Assembly (NCBI RefSeq): GCF_001194135.2
Contig: NC_068981.1
Coordinates: 101,953,681 to 102,017,680 of the forward strand
Direction: 5' to 3'
DNA: 64,000 nt
From: Octopus bimaculoides
Lineage: Eukaryota
The stretch's first letter is position 1; the number at the start of each line of letters is the position of its first letter. The translations under genes and the position numbers were made by a program. The notes under the pieces were generated by a model that did not search any database, was not told the DNA's origin, and saw nothing but the letters and a program-made list of their open reading frames with translations. This document shows positions 40,761-52,179 of this stretch, piece by piece.

Positions 40761-41062
40761 GAAATGTTAGCACCAAGCAGTGTTTAGGCATACGCAAAAT
40801 TTAGGTCAGTTAAAATAGGTTTGTGACATATTTCAACTGCTAAAAAGCAAATTCACTGCAGTTAGCATGGAGAAAATATCTCTCTTATGGTAAAGATGGT
40901 GACACTGAACAAACCAGGTGTCGTCACACTTTTTCACCATAAGAGAGATATTTTCTCCACAGTAACTGCAGTGAATTTACCTTTTAGCAGTTGAAATATG
41001 TCACATATTTTAACTAACTTAAATTTTGCTTATGCCTAAACACTGCTTGGTGCTAACATTTC
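40761..41062. repeat. ~300-bp foldback (MITE-like), 145-bp arms
   Basis: 40761-40905 is the reverse complement of 40918-41062 at roughly 90% identity, with a ~12-nt loop. Confidence 0.9.
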
Positions 41063-41387
41063 ATTATTTTCCTCGATTAGGCAATCTACCAGCACAAATC
41101 AGTCAATGTTAATTGAATTTTACATAAAGCTATTGCTTGTTTTATAAGTTTGTTCAGGGTTGTCTCTCTTCGCTACATCGTTTGCTGCTGGAATCTTTGC
41201 TAGTGTGAGTCTTATTTTTTTGTTGGTGATTTTTGATTAATTGTTATACTGTTTGTTGCTCTGTGGATTCCTGTGTAAATCGAACTTTTGACGTCGTTTC
41301 AGCAGTGTTTTCACCTTACGGGGCGGAAAATTGTTGTTAATTAATTATTGCGAACTTTGCCCGGTATAGGGTGAAATATTTTTTGAC

Positions 41388-41652
41388 TCTTTTACTTGTT
41401 TCAGTCATTTGACTGTGGCCATGCTGGAGCATCACCTTTTGTCGAGCAAATCGACCCCAGGACTTATTCTTTGTAAGCCTAGTACTTATTTTTTCGGTCT
41501 GTTTTGCCGAACCACTAAGTTACAGGGACATAAACACACCAGCGATGTTNNNNNNNNNNNNNNNNNNNNNNNNNNNNNNNNNNNNNNNNNNNNNNNNNNN
41601 NNNNNNNNNNNNNNNNNNNNNNNNNGGGGGGGGGGGACAAACACAGACACAC
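41388..41652 (-). mobile_element. SINE family A tail portion spanning a gap
   Basis: Near-identical to 25752-25950. Confidence 0.8.
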
Positions 41653-41763
41653 TTCTACTTTTGTCATTTGTAACAGGTGTTTTTTTCTACATTGTTGTCT
41701 GTAAAGACAATATTGCGTCAAAAAATCGAATTTGATTTAAAATCAAATAAAGATTTCCCCTCA

Positions 41764-42405
41764 ATGCAAGGAAATATTGAAGCAAATGAAAGTGAAAAAC
41801 TGAGTTTTTCAGCGGCTGTTGGAAGCAACTTTATAGATATGAACATTACAAAGGAACAATTGTTCAAGTTCAGAAATCTTATAAAGAAGACGGGAAGTGA
41901 CACTAAACTCTTGCCACCACCAGAGACTATACAAAGCCTGGCATCTAAAATGGTGGTCTATAAAATTTACAATAAAAAGGAAAAGAAAATAATGCCTACA
42001 AAAAATGAAACAGTGGAAAAGTGTCTGGTGCCCATATGGGACAAAATTGTGTACACAGGAAAAGGAGTGAGAAGCACTACAGTGGAGGCGCATTTTAAAG
42101 ATGCTGAAATAGCAAAGCAGATATCAACTCAACCATTAAAGAACAACAAAATAATCCTCCTTCCAACATATTTAGGAAGGAGGACAGCAAAAATCATAAT
42201 AGAGGAAATACCAACCGGGTACGAGGTGTCATGGTTGGCCACTGTGGTTATCTATGACGCCGAAGAGGGAATAACTATACTACAAATGAGTATGGGGGAG
42301 GCCATTAACTGGAAAGGCCAAATCCTGGATACTTGCTGGCCTGCATCTACACGAACTGGCAGCAGAATGGGAGGATTCCCAGCTCTGTTAGTCGGGGAGT
42401 GGTGA
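41764..42405 (+). CDS. putative LINE ORF1 (gag-like) N-terminal part, running out of frame into RT sequence
   Basis: Stop-free for 242 codons from 41677, first ATG at 41764. Non-repetitive K/I/E-rich sequence directly upstream of the RT fragment. The ORF1 assignment is positional. Confidence 0.5.
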   Translation: MQGNIEANESEKLSFSAAVGSNFIDMNITKEQLFKFRNLIKKTGSDTKLLPPPETIQSLASKMVVYKIYNKKEKKIMPTKNETVEKCLVPIWDKIVYTGKGVRSTTVEAHFKDAEIAKQISTQPLKNNKIILLPTYLGRRTAKIIIEEIPTGYEVSWLATVVIYDAEEGITILQMSMGEAINWKGQILDTCWPASTRTGSRMGGFPALLVGEW

Positions 42406-42660
42406 TGTTGATCAGAAAAGACCCGAACAAGGGGGGCGATATTAGCAATTTCAGGCCCATAACTCTACTTAACGTAGAGCTAAAGATTTTGGCCAAAGTT
42501 CTAGCTAAAAGGTTGACGCTTGTCGCAGAAAAGCTAGTAGGGAAAGCACAGACATGCGCAATCCCAGAAAGGTAAATCCAGGACAACCTTCATTTCTTGT
42601 GCTACATGTTAGACAGGGTTGGTAAATTATCCAGCAAGGGTGGGCATTGGTCCATTTAGA
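42330..42660 (+). pseudogene. Tx1/L1-type reverse transcriptase fragment
   Basis: LLACIYTNWQQNGRIP...GVVMLIRKDPNKG..ISNFRPITLLNVELKILAKVLAKRL...QTCAIPER*IQDNLH, ending just before the D..KAFD motif. Confidence 0.9.
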
Positions 42661-43749
42661 ATATACACATCTGTGAGGAGACCTAAACAAGAATAGCAAA
42701 AGTCTACTATACCTAAAGAACTGGTAATACATACATTACAAGTGTTCAACATGAATGAGAAACGACATTAAACATTGTATAAGGTAAATTAAGTTTTCTG
42801 TAGGAACGCTAAGTCATATTCACTTAGTGAGTTTACATGCTCAAGGATGAATTATGATGTCATCGGCGTTAGATGCAGTAAAATATGGCCTGGATCGTGA
42901 TTACCAGCATGAACGTCAAACTTCAAAAAGTAGTTGACCATTTAATGGTTTTAGTAAATTTATAAAGAAAAAGTAAGCATTATATCGTTGAGCATAAATA
43001 AAAGTCAACTTCATTATATTTTTTCTGTAAAAACCTATTCTGATATTAAATGAGTCAACTTCCGGTACAAATATTTTTCAACAAAAAAAATTTCTAAAAA
43101 AATACTGGAAACGATCTACTCATGTAATTTATACACCCCTCAAGTTTATTTTTGTTTGTATGAAAAAAAAGTGCAAAAATTACATGGGTTTTTACAGTAA
43201 GTGAGATGGAAATGTCTGAGTGAAGGTGGTGGCATGGAGCCTGGGCAACACTGAGAAGCAGTGGATATTATAATATCTGTTACACACAAATCCCATCCCC
43301 TGTACACACACACACAAATCCCATTCCCTGTACACACACACACATCACAGCAACTGTCAATAATCAGTATGGGAGACAATTATACAAGAATCTGAATTAA
43401 ACGTGTTTCCTGAAATCTGTAGCGTAACTTAATGCTCTAGTCACCAAACCATATCAACACAGTGGAAACTACATGCAAATAAATAACCTGACTAATGTAA
43501 TTTTGCAGCCGTTTTGTTTTTCTTTAGCTTAATCTTCTTTTTATATTTTGCTAGTCTTCCTGTTTTCATGGTATTACCATTTATTGTAGTCTGCTAATAG
43601 AGTTGTTGTAGGTAAAGCTGTTGGTGACTGTGTATTTGACTGCTTCCATCTCACTGATTGAGTGTATATACTATATCCCTGGCAAAAAACATTTAGGCTC
43701 ACAATATCTTTGGTCGACTAGCTGTAAATAGGTAATTCTATTTTGAGTG

Positions 43750-43925
43750 TATAATGGACCGAAACAAAACCAGTAAAGAGGTTTTAAGAAAAGCAACTAA
43801 AAAATAATTCTATTAGACACCATCAAAGAGAGAAAAAGTTGAGTATTTTGGACACTTAATTACAAAACAAAATAGATCACAGAAACTGTTAGCAAAAAGC
43901 AAAATGAATGGAAATGACAAAACGT
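43750..43925 (+). mobile_element. decayed RTE/BovB-type LINE C-terminal fragment
   Basis: Reads ..KEVLRKA..ILLDTIKERKVEYFGHLITKQNRSQKLLAKSKMNG across small frameshifts, similar to the RTE TNEEVLR...KYFGH motif. Confidence 0.6.
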
Positions 43926-44880
43926 TGAAGCAAGTTGTGAGACCTTATGCTGCAGAGGACTCATTCAACCCATGTAAACATGGAGAAGAGAATGTAAAAC
44001 AAATACTGTTTTATATACATATACATACATACATATCACTATCATTATCATCGTTTAACATCCGCTTTCCATGCTGGCATGGGTTGGACGGTTTGAATGA
44101 GGACTGGCGTGTGTATGTGTATTAGTGTATGTATGCATGTATGAGTGTGTGTATGCATGCATATGCATTCATGAAAAAATATGTACCAAGCATATAAATA
44201 AGTACTGGGGTTGACATGATTGACTAAGCACTAAACCCATGAAATATGACTGCAATAAGTAAGAGAATGAAAAAAATAAAATAAAAATGTAAAAATAATG
44301 TAATCAGTGAGAAACATAAAAACAAGTTAAGATTGGAATATCACTTTTAATTGTAAATGTCAGATCACTCATGACCTGGGGTTAAACAACCACAACAACA
44401 GCTATCTATCTTTCTTTCTTCCACTTCCTTCCTAAAGACAAGACATGCTTTTGCCTGTCTCTTCTCAAAGCTCCTTTCTCCAGCATTCACCACTTCACCT
44501 CTTTATGGCTTAACAGTCCTTACCATTTATTAATCTGTTTTGTTCTCACTGTCCTGGTTTTATCACAACTTTAACCCTCTGAAAATCCCCAATTTTTTAA
44601 AAATTTGCTTTGTGGGAATGACTGTTTTAATGAAGTCGTGTCTTGTCCCTACGTTTGAAATGCAGAGTAGATAAAACAGGGGACAACTGATGTTCTTTAT
44701 GTTGCCTGTCTCATTTCTCTATTTGTTTTTTTTCATTGTTTGGAAAAAAATTTCGTTTTCCATGTTTTTGTTTTTTATGTTCTTGTTTCTCATCTTGTTC
44801 ACATTTTTTTTGATGCCCTGTACCCTTATATGCATGTATATGTACATATATATGTAGGTATGTACATACATGTATGTATA

Positions 44881-44966
<86 letters not shown>

Positions 44967-44968
<2 letters not shown>

Positions 44969-45358
44969 TGCAGGCATAGCTACATGGCAAGAAGTTTGCT
45001 TCCCAACCACATGATCCTGGGTTCAGTCCCACTGTGTGGCACCTTGGGCAAATGTCTTCTACTATAGCGTTGGGCCAAGCAAAGCCTTGTGAGTAGATTT
45101 GGTAGAAAGAAACTGAAAGAAGCCCATCATATATAACTATGTATGTGTGTGCGTCTGCTTTTGTCTTCCACCACTGCTTGACAACTAGTATTGGTTTTGT
45201 TTACGTAACCATAACTTAGTGGTTTGGCAAAAGAGAGTAATAGAATAAGTACCAGGCTTTAAAAAAGTACTGGGGTCAATTCATTTCACTAAAGATTCTT
45301 CAAGGCAGTGCCCCAGGATGACCACAGTCTAATGACTGAAATAAGTAAAAGATAAAAG
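44967..45358 (+). mobile_element. SINE family A, full length
   Basis: GGTGCAGGCATAGC head through the GACTGAAATAAGTAAAAGAT tail. Confidence 0.85.
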
Positions 45359-45439
45359 ATATATACGTATATGTGCTTGTGTGTAAGCACAGGCATCATT
45401 GTATGGTTAAGAAGCTTGCTTGCTAACATATAGTCTTGG

Positions 45440-45511
45440 GATTACTTTGGTACTATAGTAGAATTCCTGTCATGTCTACAGGAGATGCATGTTTGAATTC
45501 CACAAGCAGAC
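45440..45511 (+). pseudogene. degenerate tRNA-like sequence, unit 1
   Basis: 72 nt with an anticodon-like stem CCTGT/ACAGG and 7-nt loop, decayed A/B boxes, and a T-run just downstream. Confidence 0.5.
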
Positions 45512-45825
45512 TTCAACTTTTTCTTTCCAATATTTAGAGGCTATTACTTATAGCTTTACATCTACTTCAAGACTCAATTCCTAAAAAGAATTATTTCATG
45601 TTCTCTCAAAAGTTTATAAATTCCTATGACTTCAACAACATGCAAGAGTTGCTGGTAAGAATAAATTTCTAAAATAAATAGAGAAATTCAAAGAATTGCT
45701 TTGGTACTATGATAGAATTCCTATCACAGGAGATGCATGCTTGAGTTCCACAGGCAGCCTTTAATTTTTTCTATTCAAAAGGGCTTTTCTTTCCAATATA
45801 TACATGCTAATTTCTATAGCTTTAC

Positions 45826-46020
45826 AAAATTGGCAAACTGCAGAATGCTTTGTGACATTTTATCCGTCTTCGTGTTCTGAGTTCAAATTCCACTGAAGTC
45901 AACTTTGCCTTTCATCCTTCCAGGATCAATAAAATAAGTATCAGTTGAATACTGGGGTCAATGTAATTGACTAAGTCCCCTCCCCCAAAATTGCTGGCCT
46001 TGTGCCAAAATTTGAAACCA
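45826..46020 (+). mobile_element. SINE family C inside array unit 2
   Basis: Core GTCAACTTTGCCTTTCATCCTT and tail CCTTGTGCCAAAATTTGAAACC. Confidence 0.85.
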
Positions 46021-46161
46021 TTATTTATAGTTTCATATGTACTTCAAGATTCAATTACAAAACAGAACTACGTCACAGAATTATTGAAAGTTTATAAATT
46101 CAACAACATGCAATCATTGCTGGTAAGAATAAAGTTTCGAAAAGGATAGTGAAATCTGAAG

Positions 46162-46231
46162 GATTGTTTGATACAATGGTAGAATGCCTGTCATGCATAC
46201 AAGATATGAGGTTTCGAGTCCCATAAGCAGC
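46162..46231 (+). pseudogene. degenerate tRNA-like sequence, unit 3
   Basis: 70 nt: acceptor-like ends (ATTGTTT...AAGCAGC), AATGGTAGAAT A-box, CCTGT-CATGCAT-ACAAG arm, GTTTCGAGTCCC B-box, then TTTCAACTTTTT. Confidence 0.55.
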
Positions 46232-46297
46232 TTTCAACTTTTTCTCTCCAAAAGGGTTTTTTTACCCAATATTTACATGCCATTATTTATAGCTGTG

Positions 46298-46498
46298 TAA
46301 AATGGCAAGCTGGCAGAATTGTTAGCATGCTGGGCAAAATGCTTAGCGGTGTTTCATCTGTTTTTTTGTTCTAAGTTCAAGTTCTGCTGAGGTTGACTTT
46401 GTCTTTCACCTTTTCATCTTCTAGTTGAGCACTGGAGTCGATGTAACCAACTTACCCCCTCCCTCAAAATGGCTGGCCCTGTACCAAAATCTGCAAAC
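46298..46498 (+). mobile_element. SINE family C inside array unit 3
   Basis: GGCAAGCTGGCAGAATTGTTAGC head, flanked by an imperfect TSD TTATTTATAGCT / TTATTCATAGCT. Confidence 0.85.
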
Positions 46499-46910
46499 AT
46501 TATTCATAGCTTTATATGTATTCCGCGATACAATTCCAAAAAGAATTACTCCATGTTTTTTTGCAAGCTTATAAACTCTTATAACATCTAAGAGAGAAAT
46601 AGAGAGAGAGGGGGGAAGAGAGTGAAGGTGCATAGCCTAGTGTTTAGGATGTTACACTCGCAACAGCAAGATTGTGGTTTCCATTCCCAGACTGACAGTG
46701 TATTTTGTTCTTGAGCAAAATGCTTCATTTGTAAATGGGCACCCCTGTCATAGACTGGTTTTCTAGCTAGGGGGAAATACTGGCCTGCCCACCTTGCCAG
46801 TGGAGTGGCAGCATTCAAAAACTACAACAATGCAAAGACGTGCAGAGGGACCTTCTGATAGCCTGGTTAAAACAGTGAGATATATGCATGCACCCCCCCC
46901 CACACACACA

Positions 46911-47805
46911 CAGGGTGATTGAAAAGTAACTCCCTATTTTAAAATACTTATAATTTATTTATTAACTATAATTTTTTCTCAAATTTGTTGTGTATGTTCT
47001 ATATTGCATGGGAATCGATTCTATATTGTTTTTTTTTTTTCAGATCAATTATTTTGTTTGAAATTTAGAAGCCCTATAAACATGGTCTGATTTCTTTAAA
47101 AATATCCTCTGGAGTGATGAAGCAGTATTCCACATTGGTGGGTTTGTGAACTGTCACAACTGCCACTACTGGGCAGAAGAAGATCCTCGTATTACCTCTG
47201 AAAAAATGCAGAATCGGCCCAAGGTAATAGTATGGTGTAGAATGACTTCAAACAGGATTGTGGGTCCTTTCATCCTTTGCAATACCATGAATGCTGAAAG
47301 GTACCTCACCATGCAGCGAGATGAAATCTGGCCAGTTATCAGTACTTGGGAGAATATTGAAGATTTTATTTTTATGCAAGATGGTGCTCCACCATTTTGC
47401 TATTGTTGTTTGTGAATGGCTGAATGCCCACTTCCCTGGGAGATGGATGGGTCATCGAGGTCTGCATGATTGGCTGGCCAGAAGCCTTGATTTATCACCC
47501 TGCAACTTTTTTCTTTGGGGTTGGTTAAAGGAGCAAGTCTATTCTACCAAACCAATGAGTTTGGAAGAACTTGAAGGGCAAATACGAGTAGTTATGTCTC
47601 CCTCACACAAAAGTTCCTGATGAAATCAGTTGATGCAGTTCCTGGGTGACTTGAGAAGCCGGTGGCAAATGCTGGTGCCTATATCAAATTTTGAATAAAA
47701 CTCCATGCTATATATGTTTTCTTCACATATTCATTTTTTTCTAAAAATTATAGTTAATAAATAAATTATAAGTGTTTTAAAATAGGGAATTACTTTTCAA
47801 TCACC

Positions 47806-47808
<3 letters not shown>
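46911..47808 (+). mobile_element. Tc1/mariner DD41D (rosa/VS-like) transposon, internally deleted
   Basis: ~66-bp TIRs starting CAGGGTGATTGAAAAGTAA with 2 mismatches. The right flank is TA and the left is CA within a microsatellite. Confidence 0.85.
47080..47694 (+). pseudogene. DD41D transposase catalytic domain remnant
   Basis: ILWSDEAVFHIGGFVNCHNCHYW...FMQDGAPP(H)F...HFPGRWMG.RG...W..RS.DLSPCNFFLWG. After frameshift repair, 41 residues separate the second D and the third position (now N). Confidence 0.85.
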
Positions 47809-47864
<56 letters not shown>

Positions 47865-48351
47865 CACTTCTGCATATCAACAGTGGTCTCTCTTTCTCTT
47901 TAAAACACACACACACACACACACAGAGTCAGAGTGTAACAAAGAAAAGATACCCCTATTAATATTATATATACATTATATACACATTATAAAACAGGAT
48001 TTTGGGGTGATAAAATCAATTGGTAACACTTCAAAGAATTGTTTTTTGCCTCTTTTATTGCACAACCTATGTTAGAAACCATTAAGAGACAAGTGTCGAA
48101 ATATGCACCCACCCACCCATCCTAGCCACCAAAAAAACATACATAGAATTAAAAAGAAAAACAAATAGCAGCAACAACAAATAACAATTCAATGATTTAG
48201 ATACATCCATTACTATTTACAAGTATTAATGAGCTAATGCCTGTTGTAAGCTGCCAAGTTTAGCTTCATCCATTATAGAGATGGTTTGTTGTGTTGTAAT
48301 GTCTCTCTATTATCAAGAATTTGTAGACCTAAGTACATGATAATGATGATG

Positions 48352-48385
<34 letters not shown>

Positions 48386-49764
48386 TAACAACCTGAAGAA
48401 GGAGGAGGTGGGTAGTAACAACAATGTGGTTGGAGAAGTTGAATATTAGAAAAGTATTGCCTGTTGTTTTCTTTTTCCGTGCAAACATTTTTTTTATTGT
48501 CCAATTCTGTGAGTAAAGTATTACAAAGACCTGAACCACACCACTTCAGACCACACACACACAAAATGGCATTTTTTCAAAGATAGTGAAATATTGTTGA
48601 ATTGACAGGGTAAAAAAAAACAACAACAAAGCAGAAAAAAACAGGAAACAATATTAAAAAAAATGTAAAATAATTGTAAATATATAAACATATAGATAAA
48701 GAAAAAGAGATTCTAGTACTCATTATTGATAACACTCTTTCAGCACTTAATGAACATTAAAGTCTCCCTGAACTATAAAAGAGTTAGATGACTTGATATA
48801 AAAAAAGAAAGAAATTGGACAAACAAGGAAAAAAAAAAAAGTATTTGAAGAATATGAAGAAGAGGGGAGATGGTTAAAGAAAAGATATAAAAAAAGTAGA
48901 TGAGAAAAGAATGGTAAAATATTGAATATATTTTACTTCTGAAAACAAAAGAGAAACCATTTCTTTAGCATTATGTCCTATCACCTATCTTCTTTACTCC
49001 CTTGTTTTACTTTTATTTTTGTTTCCTTTTTCAGAAAAGGGCCATTAATATTTTACCAACAAATCAATAGAAAGAGGACTTCAAATATATATTTTTATGG
49101 TTTTCCTTTCTTTTTCTTTTTATTGATATGACTAGTTTGTTTATTTTTGGTGTACTAGAAAAAGACAGAATTGGCTCTCTTATTGTTTTACTGGTTTCAC
49201 TTGACTGTTGCTAGACATATTTATTGGTAGCAATGAACAGGAATTTACACTTCCTGAAGACATACACACAACCACCTTGTGCTTCCCTTACCCTTCCTCT
49301 AGACAAAATTCCTGTAAACAAGAGGTTGATTTCCCAAACCTTCACATTAAAATCTTTCTCCAAACCTTACCAAAGCCATTCTCCAAAGTTTAGTAGCCAA
49401 ATTTCCTTCAAATCACACCTAAGTGTGAGAAAGGATACATTAGACAATAAACTCTTGATATAGAAAATGATGGAGTCGTTAAGAATCTACACCATTATGT
49501 TAAGACATTTTGTAAAGATTTAACACTAGCCTGATCTTGAAAACTATTTGAACTCAATACACCCACTTCAGTACCATTTGTTGGTTTTTGCAATGTCAAT
49601 CAAAGGCATGCCAGCCATGAACACCACTCCACCTTTTTCTATATCAGGAGTACATTGTTTAATGTCTCCATACTTACACTAAGGTGCGAATTGAGAGAGA
49701 TTTGGCAACTATTTCCAGCAGACCAAGTAACCACACAGAAACCTACTCTGCTTTTAGACTACTT

Positions 49765-50085
49765 ACTTACTTTGCTCCTTATTGAGCGTAAGCCATCAAT
49801 GACTTCTCTTTACTGTTCTTGACTCCGGGATGCCTTTTTCTTTCTCTCCCTGGTCTTGGATTGAAATTGCCACTGATGTTTCTATAACTTTGCATCTTTT
49901 CTAGATAGACATCTTAGCCCTATGCAAACCCATTTTTACCTCTGGGAACAGGTGAGGTCCATATTAGGCTTCTTTCCTTTCGCCTGTCCAGCATGGGAGG
50001 CAATACCAAATGCTTGTGTTCTGCTATCATAGCTCACAGTGTCATTGACACATACAAGCCACCACACCAGGGGCATATATTCCAG
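49765..50085 (-). mobile_element. old RTE-derived non-autonomous element
   Basis: (ACTT)n-type tail followed by sequence resembling RTE 3' and 5' termini. Judged from memory of the family. Confidence 0.4.
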
Positions 50086-50323
50086 ATGTGCTAGGTGTGC
50101 ACTGCACATCCATTGAAAATGGCAAAGTCATTATAAATATTTACCTTACTCATTAATTTAATCACAAATCTTAATGGAAAACTGTTGTCATACCCCTGCT
50201 TGAAATGTGGTGGCATTGGGTGTGGCAGCACACCCAATACAACAACCACCATATGCTACTGCACCACACCACAGCAAAACTGAACTGGTGTTGGTTTTAG
50301 ATCACGAAGGTAACATAAATTAC

Positions 50324-50418
50324 CAATTGTTTCAAAGTATCTTTCCCTGAGCAGTTCATCATTTTCATTTCATGAGCCACTCTACTGCTAAATATTTCTG
50401 TACATCTATTTAAAACAT
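50324..50418 (-). CDS. candidate 95-nt exon (phase 1-0), VLNRCTEIFSSRVAHEMKMMNCSGKDTLKQL
   Basis: Acceptor TACTTCTTCAG, donor TTG|GTAATT and an open frame in unique sequence. Confidence 0.3.
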
Positions 50419-50599
50419 CTGAAGAAGTACTTGCTATATGTTACTGTCAGATGTCCTTATGTTTCTATAGTAAGCTCTGGGTTTCAGTATTTTTCACCTA
50501 ATTGTAAATTAGTCTTTAATATGTTGATGTTTTGGTCTCAGAGTCTCTAAACCATTCTTGCTTTGCAATGAATAATAAGAAGACCATGGTTAGAAATAT

Positions 50600-50810
50600 T
50601 GGTTTGAAATTTTGGCACAAGGGCAGCAATTTTGGGGAAGGGCTAAGTCATTTACATCAACCCAGTGCTCAACTGGTACTTATTTTATCAACCCCAAAAG
50701 GATGAAGGGCAAAGTTGACCTCCGTGACATTTGAACTCAGAATGTAAAGGGATGAAATGCTACTAAGCTTTTTTGCCTGACATGCTAATGGTTCTGATAG
50801 CTTGCTGCCT
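50600..50810 (-). mobile_element. SINE family C
   Basis: Reverse-oriented core and tail. Confidence 0.8.
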
Positions 50811-51381
50811 TCCCATGGTTAGAATTCTTGATTGTCAGAAATATTTATAAGTCTAAATCTGTGTATTCAAACAGAATTTGCTATAGAACTACTCAACAAC
50901 AACACCAGAAAGAGAAACATTAGCAACAAGACAACAACAAAAAGAACGAGAACAACAATAACTATGCATATATTACATGTTACAACAGGCTTCTTTCAGT
51001 TTCTATGTATCAAATCCACTCACAAGACTTTGGTTGATCCAGGGCTATAACAAGACATTTATCCGAGGTGCCATACAATGGGACTGGACTTAAAACCACA
51101 TAGTTATGAAGCAAACTTCTTAGCCCCCACAGCCTGCCTGCACCCATTTAAATTTTGGACATTCTATGTCCAAAAATGTGGAAGGTCACTAATAAGCTTT
51201 ATTACATACACTCACATACATTTTCTTCAACAGTCTTTTTCTATTTCCAAAAAGTAGTTCACTAAATATGAAATATTGTGCATTCAACATTGGTTAATCT
51301 CCTTTCACCATTTGTTTGCATCTAATACAATGTGAGCAGTTTCACTAAATCTAGTATTATATCTGTCTACATCCACATTAA

Positions 51382-51591
51382 CACTTTTCATACCAAACTG
51401 CCTGAGACCGCTTCTGGTTATACAATGTAAACTTGCTGTTTAAAAGTTGTCTGGATTAAAAACTTCCACCAATTTATGTGCTAAACACAAGCTTAATAAT
51501 GACAAAAGATGCTTTACTAAATTATTCATTATTTTTTAAATAAAATGATAAGAAGGAATTGTATTTCAGTAGAAATCTGGTAACAAAATAG
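51382..51591. mobile_element. piggyBac-type MITE family 2 (reverse orientation to 60268-60489)
   Basis: TTAA|CACTTTTCATACC ... GGTAACAAAATAG|TTAA. Confidence 0.7.
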
Positions 51592-51744
51592 TTAACTTTG
51601 TGAAATGTATGTCTTTCACAAAACACCTTCATCACAATAACATTTTGTTTCTTTATTTGCTTTTGTGATTTAAAATAGTAGACAGTGGCATCCTGAGTTT
51701 TCTCAAAGTCACTTCAATTAAAATTAATATTTCTGTACATGAAA

Positions 51745-51930
51745 GTAGCAAGCTGGCAAAGTGCTTAGCAGCATTTTGTTTGCTTTTACATCTAAGCTCA
51801 AATTCCACTGAGGTTGACTTAGCCTTCCATCCTTTTGGGGTCCATAAAATAAGTACCAGTCAAATAACAGGGTCAGTGCAATCGACTAGCCTCCTCACTT
51901 GAACTTGCTGGCCTTACACCAAAATTTGAA
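51745..51930 (+). mobile_element. SINE family C
   Basis: Core GTTGACTTAGCCTTCCATCCTTTTGGGGT and tail. Confidence 0.75.
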
Positions 51931-52179
51931 GATTTGAAATCAATATTTCTGTACGTAAAGTGCTATCAAATGAGAAAATTTAAACTTTTGAAATCAACGG
52001 TCCATTATCAATTTTTCTGAGAAAATGTACATCAAGCACAAATTGTAAAAGAGTTAAGAGTCTAGTGTTCATCACTTCTGCAAGCATTTCCATTATTGTC
52101 AGGGGCTTCTGTATTAGAACAAAATGACTTCAATGTTTGCACTTATGCACATTACACACACATAAACACATACACATAC

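Larger units (their letters stand above)
41150..42660 (+). mobile_element. Tx1/L1-clade LINE derivative, internally deleted and 3'-truncated
   Basis: Putative CpG-containing 5' UTR (start approximate, interrupted by a SINE), a long ORF1-like frame and then RT sub-domains 0-2 directly. Confidence 0.7.
45440..46590 (+). repeat. decayed tandem array of three ~255-bp units, each starting with a tRNA-like sequence
   Basis: Units start at about 45440, 45694 and 46161 and share GGTAC.AT..TAGAATTCCT..CA..CAGGAGATGCATG.TTGA.TTCCACA.GCAG. Units 1 and 2 also share CAACAACATGCAA...TTGCTGGTAAGAATAAA. Confidence 0.85.

Noticed and set aside
49208-49463. Two overlapping open frames in unique sequence
   Set aside because: No motif or donor site, and pyrimidine/A-rich composition lowers stop frequency.
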